Below are positions 26,040-40,909 of a stretch of DNA of 64,000 bases, piece by piece. Below the pieces are notes generated by a model, which worked only from the letters and a program-made list of their open reading frames with translations, did no database searches and was not told the origin of the DNA. The stretch comes from Eledone cirrhosa. Its lineage: Eukaryota. Positions within the stretch are counted from its first letter, which is position 1; each line of letters starts with the position of its first letter. The DNA lies in contig OZ024762.1 in assembly GCA_964016885.1 (NCBI GenBank), positions 19,964,001 through 20,028,000 of the forward strand, given 5' to 3'. Both the position numbers and the translations under genes were made by a program.

Positions 26040-26540
26040 AATCATCATCAGCATCATCATCGTTTAACGTCCATCTTCCACGCTAGCATGGGTTAGACGG
26101 TTTTGTTCCATTTGATGCGAGATTGGTCGGGAGACCGTGTCTCACTTGTACGGAACTGTCTCTGACAGGTTTTCTACGGCTGGATGCCCTTCCTAACACC
26201 AACCACGTTTACAGTGTGGAACTGGGAGGTTTTTACCGTGTTACCTACGCGGCCACATTACAGCATGGACTGTGTTTTTTTGTCGTGACACCTACACGAC
26301 CTCATTTATTTCGGACTGGATGTTGTGGTACCAACATAGCTTTACATCGAAAGGGGTGGTGTAGATGGCTTTTACAGTGTGGACTGACTGGGAGCCTTTT
26401 TACCGTGTCTCCTGCACGACCACGTTTACAGTGTGGACTGGGTGCTTTTTGTTGTGTCACCGACACAGTGGACGGAAATGGGAAGATGGCGTAGGGTGTG
26501 TGGGGTGGGGGTGTATATTGGGTATAAGAGGTGCCTACAA
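26040..26540 (-). mobile_element. RTE-type 3' UTR fragment
   Basis: Homologous to 19525-19885. Confidence 0.75.
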
Positions 26541-26789
26541 GTTTGTTAAACTGTTGTTGTTTGGAACATAACTTAACAAAGGTTCTTACAGAACGTATAG
26601 AGTGTTGTATGATAGAAAGTATACTTATGGATGTCTCTGTGCTGGAAGAAGGTGTTCATAATGGAGAATTAATTGCTAGAACAGAAGTCTAATAAGGCCT
26701 CTCCATTCATATTTTAGATCAGGATCACTGTTCCTTCCCATCATTCCTTTCCATGTCTGGTGGTCAGTGCCAACATCTGCATTGAAGTC

Positions 26790-27230
26790 TCTCATTAGAG
26801 GTAGGTGTAAAAGCCAAACTCGCAATCTTCAATTCGGTATTCATGCCAACCCTTGCCTATGGTCTTGAATCTTGGGTAATGAGAAAAAGAATACGATTGC
26901 GAATACAACCGGGTGAAATGGGGTTCTTCCGAAGGGTCTTTGGAGTAACGTTACTCGATAGAATGCATTGCTCGGAGATTAGAGAGCCACTCCAGGTAGA
27001 GCTGCTACTTCTCCAATTTGAGAGACCACAACAACTCCAGTACTATGGGCATGTGGCTAAGAATGTCTTAGGAAAGAATCGCTGGAGGCCCAGGGGTAGA
27101 CCCTGGACAAGATGGTTGGATAACATACATGAACTTGGCTGGTCTCGTTTGGGGATCTAGTCGGATCAGCTGGAGATGGTTGCTTCTGACAGGACCCACT
27201 GGAAGGAGTGTTTGAGGACTCGCTGGAAGG
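26790..27230 (+). mobile_element. RTE-clade LINE RT C-terminal fragment
   Basis: PTLAYGLESWVMRKRIRLRIQPGEMGFFRRVFGVTLLDRMHCSEIREPLQVELLLL...YYGHVA...RPRGRPWTRWLDNI. Confidence 0.85.
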
Positions 27231-27526
27231 AGTGAAGAGAAGATTGAAGACAGAAGATGAAAAGGGGGAAAAGAAAGAAGAATAAGAATCTTTATCATCA
27301 TCGTCATCAAAAGAGGTGTAATTTCTGGTGGTCTGTTATCAAAAGGATTAATTATTCACTTAATTAATGTTGGTCAAAAATAAGGAATCTCTTATTTCAA
27401 GAACCGACTATTATGTGGACATTACATGTAATTAGAGAAGAAATCAGTATCTCTCCTCTCTCTCCTTCTCTCTCTTGCCTTTTCTCTTTGTTTCTCTTTA
27501 TCTATCTCTGTCTCTCAATCTAATTA

Positions 27527-27605
<79 letters not shown>

Positions 27606-27692
27606 ATATTACATCATGCATACATGTATATATCTGTCTCAATTTAGTTATCATTCTCTTTATCTATCTCTGTCTCTCAATCTAATTATCAT

Positions 27693-27759
<67 letters not shown>

Positions 27760-29009
27760 ATATATTACATCATACATACATGTATATATCTGTCTCAATT
27801 TAGTTATCATTCTCTTTATCTAACTCTCTCTCCCTCTCCCTAACTCCTATCTCTCCCCTCCCCCTCTCACCCCCTCCCCTCTCACCCCTCCCCTCTATCA
27901 TCCTCCCTCTCTCTCTCCTACTTTCATTCTTCTCACAGCAGACACTGTCATCAAACTGTCAAGGTGTTTTGAGAAAACATTTTTATCTCAAATCTTTTGC
28001 AAGACTGTCATGTCTTCAAGACATCTGTTGCAAGACTCCCACGTCTGTCAATGTCTTCAAGACATCTGTTATTAGTCCTGGGGTGTGACGTACTCAGCTT
28101 ATCTCACAAACTTAGGGGTTCTTTTCCAGTTGTTGGTTGGTTGATCGATCAGTGGGCTGGCTGGTTGAGTGGCTGGTCAGTTGGTTGTTAGGGGTGATGG
28201 GTCAGTTTGTTGGCTGGTCAGTTGGTGGGTTGGATGGCTGGTCAATGGGTTGGGTATCAGGTTGTGTGGTTGGTTGGTTGCTTAGTTGGCTGATTGGTTG
28301 GTTGTTTGGAGGGCTGGCTGTCTGGTTGGTTGGGTGGTCAGTGGGTTGTTTTCATGGTTGCTTCATTAGTTGTTGATGTGGTGTGTGTGTGGGAGAGAGA
28401 GAAAGAGAGAGAGAAGATAATAATTATGATAAATCACACAAACCTTTTAACTCTTGATACCAAACCATGCCAGAAACTATCCCTGGTTCTACAGTACAAA
28501 GCTATTTGGTTTAGCACTTCCGTTACCATATTTCTAATGACAGTAATTGCATATAATTTTCAAATCATTTTGAAAATGATGGTTTCTGATTTAGGCACAT
28601 GACCAATAATTTTGAGGGAAAGGGAAAGTCGATTAAATCAACCCCCAGTGTATTACTGGTACATTATTTTGTCGACCCCCGTAAGGATGAAAGTCAAAGC
28701 TAACCTTAACGGGATTGGAACTCAGAACGTAAAAGGGTTTAACTTTATGCCACTAATCATGATGTCTGATGCTCTACCAATTCTGCCAATCCACCACCCT
28801 TTGTGTTTTTAAAATAAAACATTTGGAGGGATTTACTAAAATAACTAATTTTCTCATTATTAAGCTGGTGTTTGGAACAAATGTACTTGCATAAAATTAT
28901 GATGGAAGGTTTTTTAAATAAATATAAATACTTTAACCCTTTTCATAGCAAACCCCCTAAAACTGGTTTTATGGTACAAACATGTTTGTTTTATAGAGTT
29001 TCCATATAA

Positions 29010-29600
29010 TTAACACCTGTGGACATGCTTACAAAATCAGAAAACTGTACAACTCCCATACAGAGTTGGATTTAGATATTGGAGGGCCCAGGACACTTCA
29101 GATTTTGGGTGAGGGGCCTCATACACAAACAATTAGAATACACAGGGACCCCTCCAATTTTACATATCAAAGTTAGCTTGGCGCAAATAATTGGAATTGA
29201 AAAGTTATATTGAATTCAAAAATTCTAACCATCCTAAAGCTAAGCCCAGTTGAGGGCTGAAATAAATCGCTGCTGCGAGGGGCCTGGGTAATTGTCCCCT
29301 TTGACCCCCTCATTGTATCCAGCCCTGCTCCCATGACTTTCGGAAACATTTTTTCATGCTCAGAGTTGCTGAAGCAATAATGAACAAACTACCATCATCA
29401 GTTGTTACCTGTCAGGACACTGCATCCTTCAACACTTCCATGTTTCCTGATATTCCCCCTCCATTCACATGCAGCCATGTGTGTATATCATGACTCATAC
29501 ACTGTTCACTTTCCTGACTTTTCTATATTATTCTATGAATTATACATGCACCTTTGACGAGTTGTAGTGCACCTGAACACTGTGCACAATAATTTTCATT
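29010..29600 (+). mobile_element. CR1-type LINE 3' end interrupted by a hAT-like MITE
   Basis: Matches the reverse complement of 49660-49970 on both sides of the insertion. Confidence 0.8.
29061..29327. mobile_element. hAT-like MITE with 8-bp target site duplication
   Basis: CTCCCATA|CAGAGTTGGAT ... ATCCAGCCCTG|CTCCCATG; the empty site is visible in the other CR1 copy. Confidence 0.8.
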
Positions 29601-30619
29601 CCAGCATAGTTATGTCCCTTTACGATCTGAGTTCAAATCCCGCCGAGGTTAACTTTGCCTTTCATCCTTACGGGGTCGATAAAATAAAGTACCAGTAATG
29701 TACTGGGTAATTGCTGGCCTTGTGCCTAAAGTAGAAACAATTATTATTATGCTTTGCAGCAAAGAGTTACGGTCCTTTATGGTTTGAGTTCAAATCCTGC
29801 CGAGGTTAACTTTGCCTTTCATCCTTAAGGGGTCGATGAAATAAAGTACCAGTCACGCACTGGGGTCGATTTAATCGAATTCGCTCTCACTCAAAATTGC
29901 TGGCCTTGTGCCTATATAAGAAACCATTATTTTATCATTATATTTATCTCAATCCCTTCCCTCAAAATTTTATGTAAGTACTTTTGTTAAGTTATGTTCC
30001 AAATACCACCTCTAGATTTTTTTGATTTGTTTCAAAATGATTTGAAAATCAAAGGCAGTGTCTTTCATTAGAAATATGACAATGAAAGGGTTAAAGTGCT
30101 TATATTTGTCTAAAACTCTCTCGTAATAATTTTAAGTAAGAACCTTTGTTTAATTATTCTCCAAACATTAGTTTAATTGTGTGGAATTTAGTTATATTAC
30201 TAAATCAATATATTCTACACTTAATTACTTTCAAAATTATTTGAAAGTCATAAGCAGAAAAATGGCAACAAAAGGGTTAAACTTATGGTCACTGTTGCTT
30301 TTAAGTTGACATTGAATAAGATCCCTTTCGTTTGATGGCTGGTAGATGGGAATGATAGATGGAAACTTATGTATGTATTAATTTTATTGTTCTCTTTCTT
30401 TTTATTTATCAAACTATAAATTATTCCTCACACATACACGCACACATCATCATCATCACCACCGTTTAATGTCAATTTTCCATATTAGCTTGGGTTAAAC
30501 GAGTTGTCCCATTCTGAGACAATTCAGATCAGATGACTGTGTCTTGCTCATAGAAAACCGTTTCTGACTTGGTTTCTACAGATGGATGCCCTTCCTAACA
30601 CCAACCACATTTACATTGT

Positions 30620-30659
<40 letters not shown>

Positions 30660-30664
<5 letters not shown>

Positions 30665-30915
30665 GTTAGAGTATTGGGCTTGCAATCGAAAGGTTGTGAG
30701 TTCAATTCTCGGACCGGGTGATGTGTTGTTTCCTTGAGCAAGACACTTTATTTCACATTGCTCCAGTTTACTCAGCTGTAGAAATGAGATGAAGAGGTAG
30801 CAGCCTGCTCGCCTAGCCAGTGGGATGGCATTATCTTATGGCTAAAACAGCACGACGTGCTGTGACCAGCGGCGCTGAATGGACGCCCAACAGACTGGTC
30901 GGTCAAGGTGATCAA
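30660..30915 (+). mobile_element. CORE-like SINE with a different 3' part
   Basis: Family C head and core followed by an unrelated tail ending (GGTGATCAA)n. Confidence 0.7.
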
Positions 30916-30916
30916 G

Positions 30917-30951
<35 letters not shown>

Positions 30952-31404
30952 GGTGTCCTAAAAACTGTATACACACTTTGATTACCTGTAGAGGTAATAT
31001 TTTATTAGAATGCAGTTTTTCCCCAAAATAAAATGACCTACAGACATAATTCAATTGTATGTAAACACCCAAAGATGTTTACATGATTTAAATAATGCAT
31101 ATAAAACAATTTATTTTAATGCATTTTTTAAAGATTGACGTGAGACAAGTCGGACCAGATGACTGTGTCTTGCTAATCACAAAGAGCTGTTTCTGGCTTG
31201 GTTTCTACAGCTGGATGCCCTTCCTAATGTCAACCAAATTTACACAGCCAATGTGTGTAAGGATGTTGTGATCTAAGGAGCTATTCCATATAGTTATTCA
31301 GGCGATTTTTTTTTTCTAATATAATCCAGCACTGAGCCAGATCAGTACAGAAACACCTGTCATGTAATACACAAATGTATAATTGATCTCTCTCTCTTCT
31401 GGAT

Positions 31405-31521
31405 ATATGTGTGTGTATGTATATATATACTTACATATATATATATATAATTGTATGTGTGTGTATATATATATACACACTTATATATAATTGTGTACGT
31501 ATGTGTATGTGTATAAATATA

Positions 31522-31597
<76 letters not shown>

Positions 31598-31753
31598 CAC
31601 TCATATGTGTGTGGGTATGTAATATACATATGAATGTATCTATGTACAAATACATATATATATGTGTATATATGTGTGTGTGTATATATATATATATAGA
31701 TGTATATATATATATATATATGTATCTATATATGTATATATATATATATATAA

Positions 31754-31839
<86 letters not shown>

Positions 31840-32960
31840 ATATATATAGAGATATATATGTATATATATGCACACACACACACATGTATATGCATATATA
31901 TATATATATATGTATATATACACACACACACACATGTATATGCATATATATATATATATATGTGTGTATATAACATTAGAAATACTGTCTTAGTAGTACA
32001 TCAGCTATATGTGTGATTCAGAGATTAAAGTAGCAAAGAATCTGGATCTATGAGAAAGATGTTAAGAGTTTTAGATTAAGCTTTAGTTTGAAAAGAAATC
32101 TCTTTCCCCTTTCCTTCTTCCCTTGTTTTGACTGTAATATACCCCTACCCACACTCACATGCCCTCTCACACACATGATTGCATACCCATACGTACATAC
32201 ATGCTCAAAGACTTGTGTGCCTCAAACACACACATGCACAGTGAAACACAAGCCTACATATACACACACACACACACAAATAAACACACTCACTAGCGCT
32301 CACGCAGACACATACACACACAAGTCCTTTCACTGACACAATTACACATATATACACACGTAATTGCTTACACTAACACAATTACACACATATACACGCA
32401 CACAAGTCCTTACACTGACACAATTACACATATATACACACACACAAGTCCTTACACTGACACAATTACACATATATATACACACACAAGTCCTTTCACT
32501 GACACAATTACACATATATATACACACACAAGTCCTTTCACTGACACAATTACACACATATACACACTCAAGTCCTTACTCTGACACAATTGCACACATA
32601 TACACACACAACTCCTTACACTGACACAATTACACATATATATATACACACACAAGTCCTTACAGTGACACAAGTACATATACACAAATGCTTACATTGA
32701 CACAAACATGCACATATACACACATAAGTGCTCACAAGTACACACATATATACACACATATATACACACATATATACTCACACAAATGCTTACATTGACA
32801 CAAACATGCACATATACAAACACAATAGTAAACACATATACACACACACAATCACACACATATACACACACAAGTACACACATATACACATACATGTGCC
32901 CACACTTTAACAAACACACAAGCACACGTATACACACACAAAGGCTCACACAAACAGATG

Positions 32961-33000
<40 letters not shown>
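31405..33000. repeat. (TA)n/(CA)n microsatellites and ~39-bp minisatellite
   Basis: ACACAAGTCCTTACACTGACACAATTACACATAT repeats at about 32320-32680. Confidence 0.9.
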
Positions 33001-33001
<1 letters not shown>

Positions 33002-33127
33002 TCCACCTTCCAGCCTACTTATACCTCCTCCATGAAACTGTCTTCTGAAATCCATTAGAAGAATCTTCTGATAGAGGTAACATGTAATAGTGATTGAGTG
33101 TTTATATAACGGCTGTCTGAGGAGAAG

Positions 33128-34360
33128 CATCATCATCACCATCATCATCATCACCACCATCACCTTCATCACCATTGCTACCATCACTATCATCACCACC
33201 GCCACAATCACCACCACCACCATCACCTTCATCACCATTGCTACCATCACTATCATCACCACCACCACAATCACCACCACCACCATCACCTTCATCACCA
33301 TTGCTACCATCACTATCATCACCACCACCACAATCACCACCACCACCATCACCTTCATCACCATTGCTACCATCACTATCATCACCACCACCACAATCAC
33401 CACCACCACCACCATCATGATCACCAACACCACCACCACCACCATCATTACCATAACCATCAACACCACCACCACCATCATTACCACAACCATCACCACC
33501 AACACAGCCACCGTCACCACCAATACCACCACCACCACCATCACCAACACCACCACCACCATCATTACCATAACCATCATTACCATAACCATCAACACCA
33601 CCACCACCATCATTACCACAACCATCACCACCAACACCCATCACAACCATCACCACAACACCCATCACAACCAACACCACCACCACCATCACCACAACAC
33701 CCATCACAACCACCATCACCACAACACCCATCACAACCACCATCACCACAACACCCATCACAACCAACACCACCACCACCATCACCAGAACACCCATCAC
33801 AACCACCATCACCACAACACCCATCACAACCACCATCACCACAACACCCATCACAACCAACACCACCACCACCATCACCACAACACCCATCACAACCACC
33901 ATCACCACAACACCCATCACAACCACCATCACCACAACACCCATCACAACCAACACCACAACCATAACCATCCCCACCACCACCACCATCATTACCACAA
34001 CCATCCCCACCACCACCACCATCATTACCACAACCATCAACACCACCACCACCATCATTACCACAACCATCACCACCAACACAGCCACCGTCACCACAAC
34101 ACCCATCACAACCAACACCTCAACCATCACCACAACACCCATCACAACCACCATCACCACAACACCCATCACAACCAACACCACAACCATAACCATCCCC
34201 ACCACCACCACCATCATTACCACAACCATCAACACCACCACCACCATCATTACCACAACCATCAACACCACCACCACCACAGCCACCGTCACCACAACAC
34301 CCATCACAACCATCACCACAACACCCATCACAACCAACACCATCCCCACCGCCACAACCA
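33128..34360. repeat. CAC/CAT compound minisatellite
   Basis: 63-bp and 24-bp higher-order units of trinucleotide repeats. Confidence 0.9.
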
Positions 34361-34822
34361 TTTACCAGCTATTTCATATGCTGTCATGAGTTAGGTGTGC
34401 TGTCTAACCCATTAATTTATATATTAACTTAAAAACTGTGTCTGACAGCTGACCCTTACTTCCACTATTTCGATCTGTCTGTATGTAAGGTCCCTTAACC
34501 CCTGATAGAGTTGTAGGGGTGCCATTTTGACATACAGTGTTCCGTGGACATTTTAAGCCTTGCGAAGTCCATCCCTCTCCAGGGCTGACAGCAGACTTTT
34601 TTTCCAGAGAAAGATAGGAAGTGAGTGAAAGAGGGTGAGAAAGAGATATAGAGGAAGAATCGACCCCAGTACTAGACTGGTATTTTTTTTATCGACCTCG
34701 AAAAGATGAAAGGCAGAGTTGACCTCAGTGGGATTTGAACTCAGAGAGCAGAGAACCAGAGCGAATACCATAAAGCATTCTAGCCGACAGTCTAATGACT
34801 GTTAATTCACTGCCTATTAATA

Positions 34823-34886
<64 letters not shown>

Positions 34887-35055
34887 ATAGTGTGTGTGTG
34901 TGAGTGTATGTGTGTGCATGCATGTGTGAGCATGTGTGTATGTGTATGTCATTGTCATCAATCATCATTTAACATCTGTTTTCCCTGCTAACAAAAATTG
35001 GTCATGTTGACAGTAACATGTCATTATTCAAACATGGCTACTGTCCTCTCAGTAC

Positions 35056-35089
<34 letters not shown>

Positions 35090-35326
35090 AAGAGGGAGAT
35101 CCATAGTTGTCATCAATGTACTGAGTGCAAGTCTCAGGCAGGCTTGAAAAGATATATCCGAGCATCACACATTTGAATCTGACAAGCGATTGCAATACTC
35201 TTAGAGGGAGTTAAGGCCCGACTGCTGATCTCTAGCCATTGGGCCCTAATTCTCTACTATATTTACACTCTATGCCAAGTACGGTCTTACTAGTTTAAAC
35301 TGGTAAAATCCTGCTACATATATATA

Positions 35327-35357
35327 CTAGCAGGATGGCCCGGCGTTGCTCGGGATT
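35327..35357 (-). mobile_element. Helitron-like 3' terminus
   Basis: Minus strand CCCGAGCAACGCCGGG hairpin, 8 nt, then CTAG|T. Confidence 0.6.
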
Positions 35358-36289
35358 CTAAACATAGATTGGCATGTTTATCCCTCCTTTCTGAAGCAGT
35401 TTCATCGTATGTTCACCAATTGATGCAGAAGTCCTAATAAAAAGTGAAGTTGCTTTGGGTGAATAGGAAAATAATTTTCCATTAAGATTTTTCAAAAGCA
35501 TTGCCAGTTGAAGGAAGACGTGGTAGAGGTAGACCACGAAAAACATGGGCGGAGGTGGTGAGAACAGACCTCAGATCATTGAAGCTCACGGTGGAGATGA
35601 CGAGGGACCGTGACGAGTGGAGAGATGCCGTCTGAATAAGACCCGTCCCACCCTTGCAAGCAGGGAAAAGCAGATGTAAAATAATGATGATTTAATTGCG
35701 TTCCCTCTCTTTTTTGTTGTTGTTTTTGCTGCTATCGAGCCTCGTGAAATAAATACGTTTGTTTATATTTTGTTTATATTGTGTATGCAAAAATATCTGT
35801 ACACGAATATATAATTATATATATATATATGAGCGGCAACTAGGGGGAAACACGAGACAGTAGTACATGTAAGTAGCAGTAACCAATGTGAGAGAGGGAA
35901 AAGTTAAAAAGAAGACTGAGCATAAGCCCTGAATCCTTATTAACGGCACAAGAGAGAGTGAAAAGAAAAACATATATATATATATACACACACACATACA
36001 CACAAAAACATACAATAGTGTAGATTACGCAGTGATTTCAAGCTGTAGTGAACTATAATGGAATAATTAGTTCGTGATTGTGAAGTGTGTCTGTGTCTAT
36101 GTGTGTGTGTCTGTCTGTGTGTGTGTCTATGTGTGTGTGTCTGTCTGTGTGTGTATCTATGTGTGTGTGTCTATGTGTACATACGATTATATAATAATGA
36201 TGATGATGATAATGACAATGAATCTTGTATTGAAGAGTCGGAAGTTGAATTACTGGTAGTTGGCAATCTACCACTTAGCCAACACCTAT

Positions 36290-36975
36290 TGATGTGGTGT
36301 TGTGTGGTGTGGTGTGTGATGTGTGGTGTGGAGTGATGTAGTGTGGTGTAATGGTGTGATGTGGTGTGGTGTAGTGTGATGTGATGCCATGTAGTGTGAT
36401 GTAGTGTAGTGTAGTGTGGTGTGGTGTAATGGTGTGGTGTGGTGTGGTGTGGTGTGATGCCATGTCATGTAGTACGATGTGGTGTAGTGTGGTGTGGAGT
36501 GATGTAGTGTGGTGTGGTGTGGTGTGGTGTAGTGTGATGTGATGCCATGTAGTGTGATGTAGTGTGGTGTGGAGTGATGTAGTGTGGTGTAATGGTGTGG
36601 TGTGGTGTGGTGTGATGCCATGTCATGTAGTACGATGTGGTGTAGTGTGGTGTGGAGTGGTGTAATGGTGTGGTGTGGTGTAGTACGATGTGGTGTAGTG
36701 TGGTGTAATGGTGTGGTGTGGTGTAGTGTGATATGATGGCATGTAGTATGATGTGGTGCAGTGTGGTGTGGAGTGATGTGGTGCAGTGTGGTGTGGAGTG
36801 ATGTAGTGTGGTGTAATGGTGTGGTGTGGTGTGATGGGGTGTGGTGTAGTGTGGTGTGGTGTGGTGTGGAGTGATGTAGTGTGGTGTAATGGTGTGGTGT
36901 GGTGTGATGTAATGTGGTGTGATGGGGTGTGATGTGATGTGGTGTGGTGTAGTGTGGTGTGGTGTGGTGTGGTAT
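36290..36975. repeat. (GTGTG/GTGTA)n repeat
   Basis: Direct observation. Confidence 0.9.
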
Positions 36976-37244
36976 GAATGGATATATAAACGTTATGTAC
37001 ACACAGTATACACATGAATCTATCTCTATATGAAGTGGATGTATGTATATTTGTGATGTATAAACAAAGGCACAGCTCTACATCTGGTGTGCATGGATAT
37101 GCGTGTGCATGTTTCTGTGTGTGTGTGTCAGTGTGCATGTTTCTGTGTGTGTGTGTATGTGTGTGTCAGTGTGCCTGTTTCTGTGTGTGTGTGTGTGTGT
37201 GTGCCTGTTTCTGTGTGTAATTTGCACATAAGTATGGCTCCATA

Positions 37245-39415
37245 CGAGGTGTGTCAGATAAGTGACAGCTCTTAGTGTGTTGTGTGAGCTATGGGTGAAG
37301 TAGGGATTAACAGTTTGCGTCGCTGTGTAATGTAATATCCAGGGAGTATATAACTACAATCTCAGCTCTCTGCACCCATTGTATGGGGGGTTTTTTACGT
37401 GCTTTTCTTAACTGTTCCTCAATTGAAAGTTGTCGATCGATGGGCTCAGAGCACTGAACCCGTCAGTTTCTGGTCCGGCTGGGGAAAACTCCATCAGAAG
37501 CACTTGGAATACTGTCACAAGTATACAGAGATGAGGTGATGTCACGCTCACAGGGTTTTGAGTTGCACAGAATGTTCAAAGAGGAACATGAGGATGTGGA
37601 AGGACTGCAACGAGTAGGACTAGGGCCAGTGTTGAGCGCTTGTGGCTGGTGGTACATGGTGATCAGTGACCGATTGATAGCAAATAATCTGGGTATGGTC
37701 AACGACAGCGCTTGTAGCTGGTGGTACATGGTGATCAGTGACCGATTGATAGCAAATAATCTGGGTATGGTCAATGACAGCGCTTGTAGCTGGTGGTACA
37801 TGGTGATCAGTGACCGATTGATAGCAAGTAATCTGGGTATGGTCAACGACAGCGCTTGTAGCTGGTGGTACATGGTGATCAGTGACCGATTGATAGCAAG
37901 TAATCTGGGTATGGTCAACGACAGCGCTTGTAGCTGGTGGTACATGGTGATCAGTGACCGATTGATAGCAAATAATCTGGGTATGGTCAACGACAGCGCT
38001 TGTAGCTGGTGGTACATGGTGATCAGTGACCGATTGATAGCAAGTAATCTGGGTATGGTCAACGACAGCGCTTGTAGCTGGTGGTACATGGTGATCAGTG
38101 ACCGATTGATAGCAAGTAATCTGGGTATGGTCAACGACAGCGCTTGTAGCTGGTGGTACATGGTGATCAGTGACCGATTGATAGCAAGTAATCTGGGTAT
38201 GGTCAACGACAGCGCTTGTAGCTGGTGGTACATGGTGATCAGTGACCGATTGATAGCAAGTAATCTGGGTATGGTCAACGACAGCGCTTGTAGCTGGTGG
38301 TACATGGTGATCAGTGACCGATTGATAGCAAGTAATCTGGGTATGGTCAATGACAGCGCTTGTAGCTGGTGGTACATGGTGATCAGTGACCGATTGATAG
38401 CAAGTAATCTGGGTATGGTCAACGACAGCGCTTGTAGCTGGTGGTACATGGTGATCAGTGACCGATTGATAGCAAATAATCTGGGTATGGTCAACGACAG
38501 CGCTTGTAGCTGGTGGTACATGGTGATCAGTGACCGATTGATAGCAAATAATCTAGGTATGGTCAACGACAGCGCTTGTAGCTGGTGGTACATGGTGATC
38601 AGTGACCGATTGATAGCAAATAATCTGGGTATGGTCAACGACAGCGCTTGTAGCTGGTGGTACATGGTGATCAGTGACCGATTGATAGCAAGTAATCTGG
38701 GTATGGTCAACGACAGCGCTTGTAGCTGGTGGTACATGGTGATCAGTGACCGATTGATAGCAAATAATCTGGGTATGGTCAACGACAGCGCTTGTAGCTG
38801 GTGGTACATGGTGATCAGTGACCGATTGATAGCAAGTAATCTGGGTATGGTCAACGACAGCGCTTGTAGCTGGTGGTACATGGTGATCAGTGACCGATTG
38901 ATAGCAAATAATCTGGGTATGGTCAACGACAGCGCTTGTAGCTGGTGGTACATGGTGATCAGTGACCGATTGATAGCAAGTAATCTGGGTATGAACTATG
39001 ACAGCGTTTAGAAGATTATCACCAAAGATTTGGACATGTGGAAGATCTGCACAAAGATGGGGCCGAAGCTGCTGAACAAGGACCAGAAGGAGCGGTGTAT
39101 GCAGGGGTTTCAGGACATCCAAAAGATTCTTGAAACCAAACCAGACTTGCTGGGGAGAGTCAACATCAGTGAAAGGTCATGGATCTTTGTGTATGACCCA
39201 TTTTCTGGATGTGAAACCCATCAAGAGGGCCTTGACGACGGAGCTGCTGAGAATCCCAGGAGAATCTGTCCAGGAGTGCATTGAGCAATGGCGGAGAAGG
39301 ATGGGAAAGTGTGTTAGACTCGAGTGGGATTATTTCGAAGGGGAAAACTTGTAGTTTGTAGGTTGGATATTTTATTATTACGAACCCAGTCTTGTTTCTT
39401 TTCTGACACATCTCG
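37245..39415 (+). mobile_element. Defective mariner transposon with internal deletion and 72-bp tandem array
   Basis: TA|CGAGGTGTGTCAGA ... TCTGACACATCTCG|TA TIRs and TSD; transposase remnants LGKTPSEALGILSQVY...MSRSQGFELHRMFKE, MGPKLLNKDQKERCM, ISERSWIFVYDP (GDETW..YDP-like), WRRRMGKCVRLEWDYFEG; most of the catalytic domain is missing. Confidence 0.9.
37635..39002. repeat. 19 x 72-bp near-perfect tandem repeat
   Basis: Unit AGCGCTTGTAGCTGGTGGTACATGGTGATCAGTGACCGATTGATAGCAA(A/G)TAATCTGGGTATGGTCAACGAC; 1368 bp / 72 = 19. Confidence 0.95.
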
Positions 39416-39430
39416 TATGTTGTCTGAGTG

Positions 39431-39468
<38 letters not shown>

Positions 39469-39649
39469 ATGTATATGCATAGGCATGGCTCTGTATGGTC
39501 TGAATGCATGTATATATGTGTGATGTATACACGTAAGTATAGCTCAATATAGTCTGGATGTATATATGTGCGTGTGATGTATACACATAAGCACAGCTAT
39601 ATATATATGCGTGTGATGTATATATAAGCATATATCTCTATGGGGTCTG

Positions 39650-39684
<35 letters not shown>

Positions 39685-39730
39685 ATAGATCTCTATGTGG
39701 TCTGGATGTATGTATATATATGTGTGCGTG

Positions 39731-39761
<31 letters not shown>

Positions 39762-39920
39762 AGCATATATCTCTATGGGGTCTGGATGTATATATATGTG
39801 TGTTTTTGTGTGATGTATATATATATAAACATAGATCTCTATGTGATCTGGGTATATATATATATATATATGTGTGTGATGTATATATATATATATACAT
39901 AGATCTCTATGTGATCTGGG

Positions 39921-39952
<32 letters not shown>

Positions 39953-40019
39953 ATGTATATATATATATATAAACATAGATCTCTATGTGGTCTGGGTATA
40001 TATATATATATATATATGT

Positions 40020-40600
40020 GTGGACACGTGATGCGCATGAAAGTCGATAGCTGTATAACAAAGTGCAGGGCAATAAAGATAGACGGTAGCCACGGAATAG
40101 GCAGACCTAGAAAAACCTGGGACGAGCTGATAAACTCCGACCTCACACACTTACACCTCTCCAAGACAATGTCACTGGACCGAGACCTTTGGCGGTACTC
40201 AGTAACAGAGAAGACCCGCCTTGCCAGTAGGCATCTCTAACAAAATACACCCCGTCCCACCACCACCACCCCCACCCCATCCACACCACCCCGTCCTATG
40301 TAAAGTTATGTTGGTGCCGCGCCATCCGGGCCGAAACAAATGAGATCGTGTAGGTGTCACGACAAAAAAACACACAGTCCACGCTGTAATGTGGCCGTGT
40401 AGGCAACACGGTAAAAACCTCCCAGACCCACACTGTAAATGTGGTTGGTGTTAGGAAGGGCATCCAACTGTAGAAAACCTGCCAGACAGTCCTATGCGAG
40501 CAAGACAATCACTCTTGCCTCAAGTGGGACTACCCCCGTCCAAACCCATGCAAGCGTGGAACACGGACGTTAAACGTTGATGATGATGATGATGATGATG
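40020..40600 (+). mobile_element. RTE-type LINE 3' fragment
   Basis: [41 protein letters not shown]; near-identical to 4545-5132; sits inside a TA-rich minisatellite that continues on both sides. Confidence 0.85.
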
Positions 40601-40786
40601 TGTGTGATGTATATATATATATATAAACATAGATCTCTATGTGGTCTGGGTATATATATATATATATATGTGTGTGATGTATATATATATATATACATAG
40701 ATCTCTATGTGGTCTGGGTATATATATATATATATATGTGTGTGATGTATATATATATATAAACATAGATCTCTATGTGTTCTGGG

Positions 40787-40820
<34 letters not shown>

Positions 40821-40864
40821 ATGTATATATATATATATATAAACATAGATCTCTATGTGTTCTG

Positions 40865-40909
<45 letters not shown>

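Noticed and set aside
35358-35546. 62-aa minus-strand ORF next to the Helitron end
   Set aside because: Too short, with no motif I can assign; probably TE debris.
37635-39002. CRISPR-like array (also considered for the 100-bp and 126-bp arrays)
   Set aside because: No unique spacers, no cas genes, eukaryotic context.
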